A DNA stretch of 64,000 bases. Source: Vitrella brassicaformis CCMP3155 (Eukaryota; Protista; Chromerida). Positions 11,118-22,773 of this stretch are shown here, in pieces (within the stretch, counting starts at the first letter, position 1; each line of letters starts with the position of its first letter). The position numbers were made by a program, and so were the translations under genes. The notes beneath the pieces are model-generated. The model ran no database searches. It was given only the letters and a program-made list of their open reading frames with translations, and was not told the DNA's origin. The DNA is taken from contig CDMY01000500.1 in assembly GCA_001179505.1 (NCBI GenBank), forward strand, positions 667 to 64,666. The letters run 5' to 3'.

Positions 11118-12317
11118 CTCGCACACAAAATGGGCGCAGGCATCCATGGGGTTTCTTGTGCCTGTCAGGTTCCCTGGGTCGTTCAACCTCGATGGCGTCC
11201 GCGAGGCCAAGACCATCGGCGAGTTCGATCGCCACTTCATCGCCCCCATCTTCGGCTTTGCTGACAAGAAGGACTACTACATGAAATCGGCGTCCAAGCC
11301 GCACCTGCCCTTCATCCGCACCCCCTACATGGCCATCAACGCGCGGGACGACCCATTCGTTGACGATGAGTCGCTTCCACAGGAGCGTCACGTCGACCAC
11401 GTGGCCAAGCAGCACACCGATGACGTCGGCGCGCCGGTGCGGCTCGTGTATACCGAGAAGGGAGGGCATTGCGGGTTCTACATGGGCAAAGGGGGGTGGT
11501 CGCTCGCTGAGGAGATGGGGAGGTTCTTGGGCGATGTGGACAGAGCCCATAATGGGCTGCTGTGAAGGCATGAGTGCGCGTGTGTGTATGAGGGAGTTGG
11601 GGGCTTTTTGCCGTTTTGGACAGCAGTCGATGCATTGCGCAGCAATGGACAGTTTTGTGTGTGTGTGGATCCATTGGGACGAGGGCGGGAGTGGAATGAC
11701 TCACTCATGGCTCGTTCGTCAACAGATGTGTGCGTGCCGAGGGAGTGTCTTCACGGGCATGAAGCGTATGTCTTCTCTCTCTCTCCCTCTTCTTGTATAT
11801 GTGTGTGTCTGTCTGCAGGTCGTAAACCGCGGGCAACAGGGGCGGCCGTCATCCATCCATTTCGTGACAAACAAGATGTGCCCCTTCGCCCAGCGCACCT
11901 GGATCGCTCTGGAGGAGGCGGGCCTGCCTTACAAGCTGACAGAGGTCTCACTCTATGGCGCGGGGGGCAAGCCAAAGTGGTTTCTAGACCTCAACCCAAA
12001 GGTACCAACACACACACACACACACATGCGTTCGTTCATTCCCTCTGTCTGTCTGTCTGTCTGTAATGGCAGGGCCTGGTGCCCGTACTCGTCATCGACG
12101 GCCAGCCTGTGGCGGAGAGCGAGGCCACCCTCGACGCCATCGCCGAGCTCGCCCCGTCCCTCGCCACCCCCACCCCCAGCAAGCGGCAGCAGTGGCGCGA
12201 CATGCTCGAGCAGCGGCTGATCCCCGTCGGCAAGGCGGCGGTGCTCAACCCATCATCGAAGAACATGGCCGCGCTTCGAGTAGTCATTGCCGAGTGGGAG
12301 GCTAAGCTGCGGGAGAG
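11118..12317 (+). repeat. Near-identical tandem duplicate of ~9610-10817 (last hydrolase exon plus GST 5' part)
   Basis: Offset 1507-1509 bp; only a few substitutions and indels, in intronic or intergenic sequence. Confidence 0.95.
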
Positions 12318-12519
12318 GCCGGGGAAGGGCCACTTTCTGTGTGGCGAGGCCTTGTCCATCGCCGACGTGTCAGCGGTGCCTTTCTGGAGCCGATTGCAGG
12401 AGGAGATGGACTGCGTGGGTGCTGAGGAGTTCCCTCTCACACACGAGTGGCTGGCGGCGTGCAGGGCAAGGGAGGCGGTCCGCCGCACTCAGATGAGTTC
12501 ATGGTGGTGGTGGTGGTGA
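11819..12519 (+). CDS. Glutathione S-transferase, omega/lambda-like, copy 2 (complete C-terminus ending SSWWWWW); first exon uncertain
   Basis: CPFAQR active-site motif, LVPVL, AESE, C-terminal GHFLCGEALSIADVSAVPFWSRL; intron ~12002-12073. Confidence 0.9.
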
Positions 12520-12763
12520 CGTGAAGAGAACAGAGCAGATACATAGACTCCGTTGGTGCCGGCTGCATGCATGACAGTCGTGACAATGAATTCGCCAAGC
12601 TAGCAATCATCAAATCAGATCGCCGTGCTGGCGCATAATGCCAGCCAGGCTCATGCAGCAGCAGCAGCAGCAAATTAAGCCAGGTGGGCTGGAGTGCACG
12701 TGGTAAAGGCGCACACAATTTGACCCGAGCTTTGTGTGTGTGTGTGTGTGACTGGCTCGAGCC

Positions 12764-13407
12764 ATGAAGGGCAATGTAGCCGCCATGAATGCCGCAAGGC
12801 TGCCCAAACCTGATGACGATGAGGTGAACCGTCCATCCATCCACACGCATACCATCACACCACCGCTCATTCTCTCATCTCTTTCTCTGGTTATGCAGGA
12901 GACTGAGCCTCAAGATCACGCCGCCCATAACAAATGTCAGCGAGGTGCGCAAGGTCAGCGAGGTACGCACACACACACACACACACAGATGGACGGATGG
13001 GATGAATGGATGGGTGTGGTGGATGTTGTGGTGTGGTGTACATGTGTGGTGTGTGGTGTGTGCGAAGGTCGGGGCCATTCTGCATCAGGGCATGAGCCTC
13101 TTGCCTAACTGGCGTCAACCTGACGCCCAACAAGCAGCTAACAAGGCCGTGGCGGTCGACTCAACCATCCAGGGCAACTCGCAGACAGTAAGTACACACA
13201 CTCACACAGACAGACGGGAGGGTGGGGATGGATGGAGGGATGGATGGATGGGCCCATCCGGCCATGTCATTGGTGTGTGGTGCGCAATTTTCGATTCAGA
13301 TGGAGTTCAAGCACAACCTGGTGCTGCGCGGTGCCTACCTGGAGCAGGAGGCCAACCCTCCCTTACTACATGAACGTAGCCTTCAAGAAGGCGCTGGTGA
13401 GTCACTG
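12764..13407 (+). pseudogene. Multi-exon hypothetical gene fragment with a probable 1-nt frameshift in its last visible exon
   Basis: Spliceable exons (LSLKITPPITNVSEVRKVSE|VGAILHQG...STIQGNSQT|MEFKHNLVLRGAYLEQEAN then PYYMNVAFKKAL in a shifted frame before gtgagt); no family recognised. Confidence 0.3.
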
Positions 13408-13631
13408 TGGTGAGTCGGTGACCCACACCAACCACACATGTACACGGAGATGAACCACACACGCATTTGACGGATGCGCAGCGCTGCCACCTCAAACTGA
13501 GAGGCTCTGTTCAACGGCAACCTTGTACACGTCGGTTACATATTTGTATGGCGTGAGGCCCTCCAGCCAGACACAGACCATATCTCGGAAATCCCTACGC
13601 TACAGATTTCCGTCTTGGTGAGAGGACCTCA

Positions 13632-14205
13632 CATGCCGAGTTTCAGGCCGATTGGCCAAGAAGCCGCAGAGTTGTTTGCGATTTGGTGCCGATGGACATA
13701 AGAAACGTCACGTCGACCTAAGGAAAAGTCTACACAGAAAGCATTTCTCGGGAATCCCCACGCTACACATGTGGGGAAGTGAGTGAGGCGTCCGCTCACC
13801 GAGAATCGTGGCCTGGGACCCTCAGGCCGTTGAGTTGTTAGCATTTTTCGACGGCCATGTCATGTGTACGTATATATCGACCCACCAGCATCTCCACAAA
13901 CAACACCCATCTCCAAAAGCCGAGCTGCGTAAGCTGACAGGCGCACTCAGGGGCCTTCCCATGCCGATTTCCAGCCCGATTGGCCAAGAAGCCGCAGAGG
14001 AGATAGCGATTTTGTGTCGATGGACACATAGAACGTCACGTCGACCTAAGGAAAAGTCCACACAGAAAGCATTTCTCGGGAATCCCCACGCTACACATGT
14101 GGGGAAGTGAGTGAGGCGTCCGCTCACCGAGAATGGTGGCCTGGGACCCACAGGCCGTTAAGTTGTTAGCATTTTTCGACGGCCATGTCATGTGTACGTA
14201 TATGT
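13632..14205. repeat. Two tandem ~245 bp repeats (period ~328 bp), possible subterminal repeats of a non-autonomous mobile element
   Basis: catgccga...gattggccaagaagccgcagag...gtcgacctaaggaaaagtc.acacagaaagcatttctcgggaatccccacgctacacatgtggggaag...gtcatgtgtacgtatat present at 13632 and 13960. Confidence 0.85.
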
Positions 14206-14270
14206 ATGGATGAGATCTATCAGCAGCGATGGTGCAAAAGCTTCAACTCGAGACGGGGCTTGCAGACTGG

Positions 14271-14570
14271 NNNNNNNNNNNNNNNNNNNNNNNNNNNNNN
14301 NNNNNNNNNNNNNNNNNNNNNNNNNNNNNNNNNNNNNNNNNNNNNNNNNNNNNNNNNNNNNNNNNNNNNNNNNNNNNNNNNNNNNNNNNNNNNNNNNNNN
14401 NNNNNNNNNNNNNNNNNNNNNNNNNNNNNNNNNNNNNNNNNNNNNNNNNNNNNNNNNNNNNNNNNNNNNNNNNNNNNNNNNNNNNNNNNNNNNNNNNNNN
14501 NNNNNNNNNNNNNNNNNNNNNNNNNNNNNNNNNNNNNNNNNNNNNNNNNNNNNNNNNNNNNNNNNNNNNN
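14271..14570. other. Assembly gap (300 N), followed by poly-C
   Basis: Run of exactly 300 N. Confidence 1.
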
Positions 14571-14966
14571 CCCCCCCCCCCCCCCGTGACGCATGCATTT
14601 ACAGCAAGCAGCTGCAGGGTAGGAGCAATGAAGAGCGTTGGTAGCCCAAGGCGTTCTCTGTGCCTTCTAAGCCACCATGGGTCCAAAGAAGAAGAAAGGC
14701 CTCAAACGAAAGCCTTTCACATCTGTCAGCCATCCAAGAAAAAGCGCAGCCGCTCATTGACAACCGGTGAGCAGAGAAACCAATAGAGAGAAGCAGCACT
14801 GTTCAACGGCACCATTCATTCACTTGTCCATGTGTCTGCCTCTCACTCAGGTGCGAACAAGCGCCTGAAGGCGAAGCAGCAGGGTAAGCAATGATTGTCA
14901 GTCATTTCACTCTTGCACTGCGACTTCATTCACTCAATCACTCACTCCACCCCTCTCACCGTTCAG

Positions 14967-15932
14967 ATGACGCTTCCGACCGCCATTCGCAGCCAGACGT
15001 GCGAAGGTGCGGATGACGATGCCCTCATGGACCATGAAGACGACGGGCAGCAGCTCTTCTGCAGGCAGGAGGCCAACCGTCACGACGGCCACGCTGAGCT
15101 GGAAGAGATGGAGGAGGGAGAGGAGGGCGAGGCAGTCTGGGAGGAGAGGGCAGGGGATGGGACGGTGACGTGGATGAGGATATGGACGACTGGCCCGACA
15201 ACGCCGAAGCCAATCGCACGCGTCGCGTCGGCGCCAAGGCCCTCGCACTGCAAAAGCAGCAGCGAGAGCTCGAGCGACATCAAAGTCCATGGCAATCAGC
15301 CCCGGCCCGACACAAAAGCCGTGAGTGAAGGATGGATGGATATATATATATCTCTCTCTCTGTGTGTGTGTGTGGCAGGTTGACTGTGACGGGCAGTGTG
15401 TCTGACTTCATGTCGCTGCTGAAGCTCAAGCCTCACGACGGTCTGACCGAGATCGAGCCGTCGTGAGGCTTGAGCTTCAGCAGCGACCGCTGTCTGGAGT
15501 CGAGCACTCGTCCCACCCCATGCAGACCATCAGCCACCACGTGCGTGACCTGGAGGAGCCTCCTCTTGCCTACGACTGCTTTGTCGACTTCCTCGACCAA
15601 CGAGCTGCCGCAAGCGCCCCGGCCACTGCAGTCAGGACGCAGGTGAAGCCAGCTGACCCCGTGCCCATGAGCAAGGTCGGCGACCTCAGTTGCCGTGTGC
15701 CCACCGGCCCTCCAGCGGCGGCGACGTCCGCATGATGCTGACGGGCATCTGTGCCCTGCACGCCTGCATGCGTCTGCTGGAGCATCTGCTTCGGCGTGTC
15801 GCGCAGCGCTGCCCCACCCGCCTCAAGCACCGAGTGCGGCTTCCCACCCTACTGTCGGTTCACTGGCCAGACGAGAATGTCAAGGGCTTTATGGACCTGG
15901 CCAACTCAGAGGCTCATCTCAGTTCTCAGTGA
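14967..15932 (+). pseudogene. Degenerate hypothetical coding region split over several frames
   Basis: Coding-like acidic ORF (DDDALMDHEDDG...EEMEEGEEGE), an intron ~15321-15379, then short successive ORFs separated by stops and frameshifts. Confidence 0.25.
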
Positions 15933-16881
15933 ATAAGACCAAGAGAATCACCCACGCCCGTTTGTCGATGTTGGTGTCTCCAGACATGTGTGTGCATGTG
16001 TGCGTGTGTGTGCGTTGATGCAGGTTGAGTGTGATGGACATTCCTGCTTTGTTGTATTACAACTGATTCGTCGACTTCCGGCAGAACGTGCATTCACTCA
16101 TCCATGCGGCGGCGACAGGCTGGCCAGTGGCCACCGGCAGTCGGCTGTGTGTCGGTCTGTGTGTGTCTATGTATTAATGTCTGTGTGTGTTGTCGCCTAT
16201 CAAACTTTTGTGCCAACAGTTTTTGTCTGTTTCTCGTCTGTTTTGGTCGAACAAAGTCATGCGAATGTCTCAGTGAAGAGAGAGACACACAATCAGACAC
16301 TCAATGACTGATTGCGTGTCCCACCATGACAGCTGCATGTACGGACATGTGTGATCGACATCCAAACACATGCACTCAATGACAGCTGCATTCAATGACA
16401 TGCGGGAGGTCATTTTGTCACTCTGAGTGCATCTTTTGCTGGCCTCTATGAGCCCTCAAATCCCTTTGGAAAAATTCGCAAATATGTTCATAACATGACC
16501 GCTGAACAGCTGCTCTCAGCTTGCTGTGCCGTCTCAGTGTGCTCTATCATATGCGTGTCAAATAAGTGAGTCAACTTGGGTTGTGAGTGAGAGACATGAG
16601 TTTGACTGCTTGGTAGATCGACCGTTGTGACGGTTTGCTTCACTTGTCTGTACCTTTGCTTGTCAGTTGCTGTATGTTTGCTTGTCCTTCTACGTATTTC
16701 TCTGAAACCGATCGACCATATTGACTCAGAGTTTCGCCATACATATTGACTCACTACGTTGTGTCATCAGGGCATCGCTGGTGGTGGTGGTGCTGGACTC
16801 ACACCAGGACCGATTGCCGCAGTGTGGTGTGATACTTTCTGCATGTGTGTGTGTGTGTAAGAGGCCCAACTCTGGATGTAC

Positions 16882-17181
16882 NNNNNNNNNNNNNNNNNNN
16901 NNNNNNNNNNNNNNNNNNNNNNNNNNNNNNNNNNNNNNNNNNNNNNNNNNNNNNNNNNNNNNNNNNNNNNNNNNNNNNNNNNNNNNNNNNNNNNNNNNNN
17001 NNNNNNNNNNNNNNNNNNNNNNNNNNNNNNNNNNNNNNNNNNNNNNNNNNNNNNNNNNNNNNNNNNNNNNNNNNNNNNNNNNNNNNNNNNNNNNNNNNNN
17101 NNNNNNNNNNNNNNNNNNNNNNNNNNNNNNNNNNNNNNNNNNNNNNNNNNNNNNNNNNNNNNNNNNNNNNNNNNNNNNNNN
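16882..17181. other. Assembly gap (300 N)
   Basis: Run of exactly 300 N. Confidence 1.
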
Positions 17182-17747
17182 TATGGCGCGGGGGGCAAGC
17201 CAAAGTGGTTTCTAGACCTCAACCCAAAGGTACCAACACACACACACACACACATGCGTTCGTTCATTCCCTCTGTCTGTCTGTCTGTCTGTAATGGCAG
17301 GGCCTGGTGCCCGTACTCGTCATCGACGGCCAGCCTGTGGCGGAGAGCGAGGCCACCCTCGACGCCATCGCCGAGCTCGCCCCGTCCCTCGCCACCCCCA
17401 CCCCCAGCAAGCGGCAGCAGTGGCGCGACATGCTCGAGCAGCGGCTGATCCCCGTCGGCAAGGCGGCGGTGCTCAACCCATCATCGAAGAACATGGCCGC
17501 GCTTCGAGTAGTCATTGCCGAGTGGGAGGCTAAGCTGCGGGAGAGGCCGGGGAAGGGCCACTTTCTGTGTGGCGAGTCCTTGTCCATCGCCGACGTGTCA
17601 GCGGTGCCTTTCTGGAGCCGATTGCAGGAGGAGATGGACTGTGTGGGTGCTGAGGAGTTCCCTCTCACGCACGAGTGGCTGGCGGCGTGCAGGGCAAGGG
17701 AGGCGGTCCGCCGCACTCAGATGAGTTCATGGTGGTGGTGGTGGTGA
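17182..17747 (+). CDS. Glutathione S-transferase copy 3 (5' end in gap)
   Basis: Same exons as copy 2 with A->S in CGE(A/S)LS and two synonymous changes; 3' flank diverges after ~17830. Confidence 0.85.
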
Positions 17748-18008
17748 CGTGAAGAGAACAGCGCAGATGCATAGACTCCGTTGGTGCCGGCTGCATGCAT
17801 GACAGTCGTGACAATGAATTCGCCAAGCAATCATCAAATTCAAATCAAAACATGAGATCCTCATAGCGTAGCTGTTTGCGCACCGCTCCATCATTGCAGA
17901 GCTGTTTGCGGTTTCCCTCCCCCCTCCCTCCATCATTTGCGAGCTTTTCTGCGAAAAAGAGCAGGCGAACGGCTTTTCCCCGGTCGTCTTCACCTGACTG
18001 CAGCTGGA

Positions 18009-21000
18009 ATGGCGTCGTCATCGAGCGAAACGGCGCCTCCGTTTTACCCAGACATCTATGACGTCAACGACGACCTGCTGTCGGACGCCAGCAACCCGCC
18101 CCTGCTGCTGCGCCACGGGCCCCTGCTCAAGATGCAGAAGGCCATCCATCGACTGCAGGTAGGTCACACAGCTGCCACACACACGACTTATGACACACAG
18201 ACAGACACCACACTGATCAGTGAGTGTGATGAATATGTCTGTCTGTTTCAGGAGCACCACGGATTCCTCTTCAACAACTGCCTGGTGAACACATTATAAA
18301 TCTCGCGCATCTATGCGTGTGCGAATTTCCATCACCTTTGTTGTGCAGGTCATCACCCACCCCTGTCAGCCGACCAACCGCTTCAAGTGGAAGCGGTCCG
18401 TCAGCTTCCGACACGCCGTGGTGAGGGACGTCCGCGAGGCCACGCAGGCCGTCAACGGCATCGGACACGGCATCGTCCTGCTCGAAAATCTGGTGCTCTC
18501 AACAGACAACCGAAGGCATGATAGAATGCCGTCTGTCTGTCTGTTTGTTTGTCTGTCTGTCTGCGTGTCTGTCTGTCCTAAGGAGGGCATCACGCGGCAG
18601 TCTCTCTTGTGTTGGCGATCTCATCAGGAGAAGAAGGAGTGGCTGAGTGCTCTACGGCGCGCCCTGGCCACCTTCGCGCACCCCAACGACACCCCCGCTC
18701 CCGTCCCTCAAGCAGGGGAGCCCTCCCAGCGTCTCAAAGGCCCGCTGCCCCCCCGTCTGGACGACATGACAGTGCTGGTGGCGCACGACCTGGTCAAGGA
18801 CACGGTGCACGCCTTCGCATTGGAGGTCCGTGTGCGCAGACACACCCACAGACAGACAGAGAACCATTGGCTGTGTCTGTCCCCCCCTCCCTCGATGCGC
18901 TTGTCAGAACAAGTGGATACTGATCCAGGAGTGGATACAGCATGCCGTCAACAGGCGAGGCGGGGCGGACATCGGCGACCTCAACGACACTGACGAGTGG
19001 GGGTGGTCGGCCGCACACGTCGCTGCACGGGTCGGCGGTGATGCTCATTCTGTCCTACAACGTCACCGTGTGTGTGTTGTGGGCATGCAGGTGGGCAGCC
19101 ACGCGGCCATGACAGTGCTGGTTGACGGCGGCGTGGACGTTGACGGTGTCAGTGCTCAAGGCGAGACCCCTCTCCTTGTCGCATGTCGTGTTGGCAACGC
19201 GAAGATCGTCCGTCTGCTGCTGCGCAACGGCGCCAACCCACGGGCTGTAAGTATACAGTGCATTTCACCGCGAGGGAGAAACGTGTGTCTTGGATTGTTC
19301 TGCTTGTTCTTCATTTTCATCAGGTTGACAAGGGCGGGAGGAACGTCGTGTACCTGGCAGCATCTCACCCCTCTGCCAAGGGTGAGCTCAGGGCACCACA
19401 CCACACACTGATTGCCCAAATGGAAGGGGCTTGTGTGGTTTGGTGGCGGTGTGTGGTTGGTCAGTGGCGGGCACGACCCTCAAGGTCCTTCGGATGAGCC
19501 ACGTCAACCTCAACGGGTGCGTGTGCCGCCAACCACAAGACGCTTCGTCCACCCCACACCTCTCAGCGCTCCATGTCGCCATACTCAGTGAGCACAGAGG
19601 GGGGGGAGGAAGGGAGGGAGGGAGATCTGTGAGAAAATGTATGTTATGTGTGTTCAGATCACGACGTCGAGATGGTCGGCCGTCTGCTGTCAGTGGGCTG
19701 TGACGCCAACATACAACTGGCCGACGGCTCCGGCAGGACAGCCGTCCACCTCGCTGTCCAGACAGACCACCAGTGAGATGAACAAATTACGGGTGCCACG
19801 GCGCTCGCGCGTGTGTGTACGTTGCTGCTTGGATCAATCAGGCTGCTGGTGCAGTCTGTGCTGGAGTTCGGCGGCCAGCCAAACCTCCGCGACGCCGAGG
19901 GCCTGTCCCCCCTCCACCACTGCCGATCGCTCGAGTGCGTCATCGTCTTGGTGGAATACGGCGCCAGAGGGTGGGAGCAGCTCCCCAATCAGGTGCTCAC
20001 ACCACACCACACCACACAACACACAAGACGCACATTCATCCTCGTGTGTGTGTGTGTGTGTGTGTCTGGGTTCTCGCCCGCCGTCAGATACGGCAGCAGC
20101 TGGGCCTTCCCCTCGAGGAAAAGGACGGCGAGCCTCCGACCGAGGAGGCCGCTGCGGCCCTCGAGGCCGTCAGGAGTGCGCGGCAGAAGTATCGGACTAA
20201 GAAATATGAAGACCACAGAGGCGAGCGGATCTCACTGCCGTGGTGAGCACCCACATACGATGGGGTGGGTGGGGTGCATGCGTCAGATGATCGGATGGAG
20301 CGTGTGTGTGTGTATGTGTATGTGTGTGTGTGTGTGTGTGTGTGCAGGTGGGCGGTGACGTCATCAGCTCGGTGGACGAACGACGCCGATGTGGATGGCT
20401 GTCAGGCGTGCGGAGTCACCTTCACCGTCCGCATCAGACGACACCATTGTACGTCAGTCACACCAACCAGTCCACGCCTCCCCTCTCCCCTCTCCCCTCT
20501 CTCATGCCATCTCTTGATCAGGTCGTTCGTGCGGCCTGTGTGTCTGCGACGAGTGCTCGTCGAAGCGAGCCGTGGTGCCCCACCCCTGCAAAGAGCCCGA
20601 CAGGAGAGCATCCGGCTCACAGCAGCAGCAGTCGTCATCCCCCGACGGCTCACCAACCGCAGCAGCTGGTGGCAGAGGCAGGGGGGCCGGCCGGGCCGAC
20701 CCAAGCTATGACCCATTGGCAGGGTATCAGACCTCCATTGAGTCGATGGACGCCGATGCAGAGGTGGAGCGGCAGGAGGCAGAGCAAGACGACCAGGCAC
20801 CGCAGCCGGACAGAAGGAGGAGCGTGTTGGCTGGTGAGGGGGAGAGACGGGAGATCCTCATCTCTCTGTCTGTGTGCCCACTGTGTGTCTGTGAAGGTCT
20901 GTTCACGGGCCGCAGGCAGAGCGCCATGTCGCCTGTGAGTGTCACCGAGGCGGCGCCGGCGGCGTCGATGGTCCCGCGGTCGAGGCTGCCGATTGCCAAG

Positions 21001-22054
21001 GGTGCGTCGGGGTACCTGCGGACATGCGACGCCTGCTTCAATTTCCTCCAACACTTCGACGTCAGGCATGCACCACACCCACATGAGCGACCGATCAATC
21101 CGTTCCATGTGATGTGTTTAGGTGGAGGCTGCCGACGAGACACAGCTGTCGTCGGCCAACGATGAGAACCAGGTGGGTGTCAGGACACCTACTACCCCAC
21201 CCAGCCATCTCGTGTCGCCCCTCTCATTTCTGTCTGTCTGTCTGTCTGTCTGTCTGTCCATGCGATGCAGATGGCATCTGCCGACGACTGGGTGTTCCTA
21301 GACAACAGCCCCGCGTCACGCCAGCACCGCAACGAGCCGCCCCGAACACCCTCAGGCCGCTCGCTGGAGCCCCCGGCCGCCGCCATGTCCATACCCATCC
21401 CCACACAAACACCCGGGTCATCGCAACAGCGGCTGTCTGCCGATGAAGACGAGATCGCCTCCCTCGTCGGTGACGATGACGAAGGCGGTCCCAACACAGA
21501 CAGCCGGAGGGACAGTGGTGGGCTGGGGTCGGTCGCGAGGTCGTTCCTGGGTGCGATGGGTCTGGGGGGTGGGGGGAAGGGGCGGACTCGGATGAGTGTG
21601 GCTGAGGGGGCCGTGGCTGCGGCGGCGAGAGAGAAACAGCCCCGCCCCCAGCCGCCCCCGCGAGCCAACACCGCCCACACGCTCAAGTACCACCAGGTCA
21701 GTAAGCAGATGAGAGCGTTGTTTTGTTGTTGGTTGTTGGCACGGCGTATGGGTCCTCCTGCTGTGTGTTGGTGCTCCATTCATTCAGAATGCGACTGATG
21801 CGGCAATGGAGTCGGCAGCCGCAGCAAGGGCAAAAGTGGCAGAGAGAGGTACTGAGGGGCGAACGAGGCCGTGTGCTGTCACGTCTGTGTGTGTGTGTTG
21901 GCCTGTGTGTGGCGTGTGGGGTGTAGGTGAGGCGTTGGTGTCACTGAAGGGGACGACCGATCGGCTGGCTGACAATGCCAAGCAATACTATGAGACGGCG
22001 AGGCAGCTCGCCGAGGCGCAGAGGGGATGGGGCAGGGGACGAGGGAAGAGGTGA
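18009..22054 (+). CDS. Multi-exon PH-like domain + ankyrin repeats + FYVE zinc finger + C-terminal R-SNARE-like coiled coil
   Basis: PH-like: LLRHGPLLKM...CWRSHQEKKEWLSALRRAL. Ankyrin: DEWGWSAAHVAAR, QGETPLLVACRVGNAKIVRLLLRNGANP, SGRTAVHLAV, EGLSPLH. FYVE: WTND..CQAC...RRHHC|RSCGLCVCDEC...TCDAC. End: KVAERG|EALVSLKGTTDRLADNAKQY. Confidence 0.85.
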
Positions 22055-22773
22055 TATTATTGTGATGGTGCAAGTATCGTGGGTGTGTATCGTTGCCGCG
22101 ATGCGCTGGTGCAATGAACGCGACAGCTTGGTGTGTGTGCACTAGATCGTTCATGCCAGTATGTCACATAATTGAGTAATTGGTCATGCAATCGGGTCGC
22201 TGGAAAACACGCAGATGGAATCATGTCTGCAGACAGTTCACACAACAGCACAAAAGAACGCCACGCCACTCACTGCAAGAATTGCATGCATCTCGTCGCG
22301 CTATTCTAGTTGCCTTTGTTACGACATAACAACACATCCCAGTACTGCACGACAGCATGCAGCACAGACACGCACACACACATGCCAGCCATCCAGCCAT
22401 GCCAACATGCAGCAGGGACACAGCTGCAGCAGCCACCCGTATATGTCTTTCGCCCTCCCCGCCGCCATTGTCTACACGGGGTTGTCTACATGGTGCCCAA
22501 CCCCCCGCCCCAAAGAAAAAAGGTAAGGCCAATCGATAACGCACGCCCACAATAGGCCTCCCTCCCTCCCTCCCTCCCTCCAAAGCCTCCGAAGATAGCT
22601 AGTTTTATGTACACCCACACACGCATGGCATGAACAGATGCAATCAATGCCATTCGCCAGCCCCACCACTTCGAATGAATGGCACTCTGATTCACAATGG
22701 CCGCCCGGCCGGCCGGCTCTGGAGGTTGTCATGTGATGCATCACGACAACCGTCTATCTGTCTGTCTGTCTGT

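Noticed and set aside
13632-14205. Tandem 245-bp repeats as an ncRNA gene pair
   Set aside because: No tRNA, snRNA or rRNA motifs recognised; better treated as a repeat
15730-15800. GICALHACMRLL as a Ulp1-type protease catalytic Cys motif of a transposon
   Set aside because: The upstream His/Asp and QxNxxDCG context are missing; similarity is too weak
16310-16400. Short direct repeats atgacagctgcat
   Set aside because: Only two or three short copies in non-coding DNA; compatible with local slippage
10529-17448. ORFs containing long X runs
   Set aside because: Artefacts of translating across the 300-N gaps
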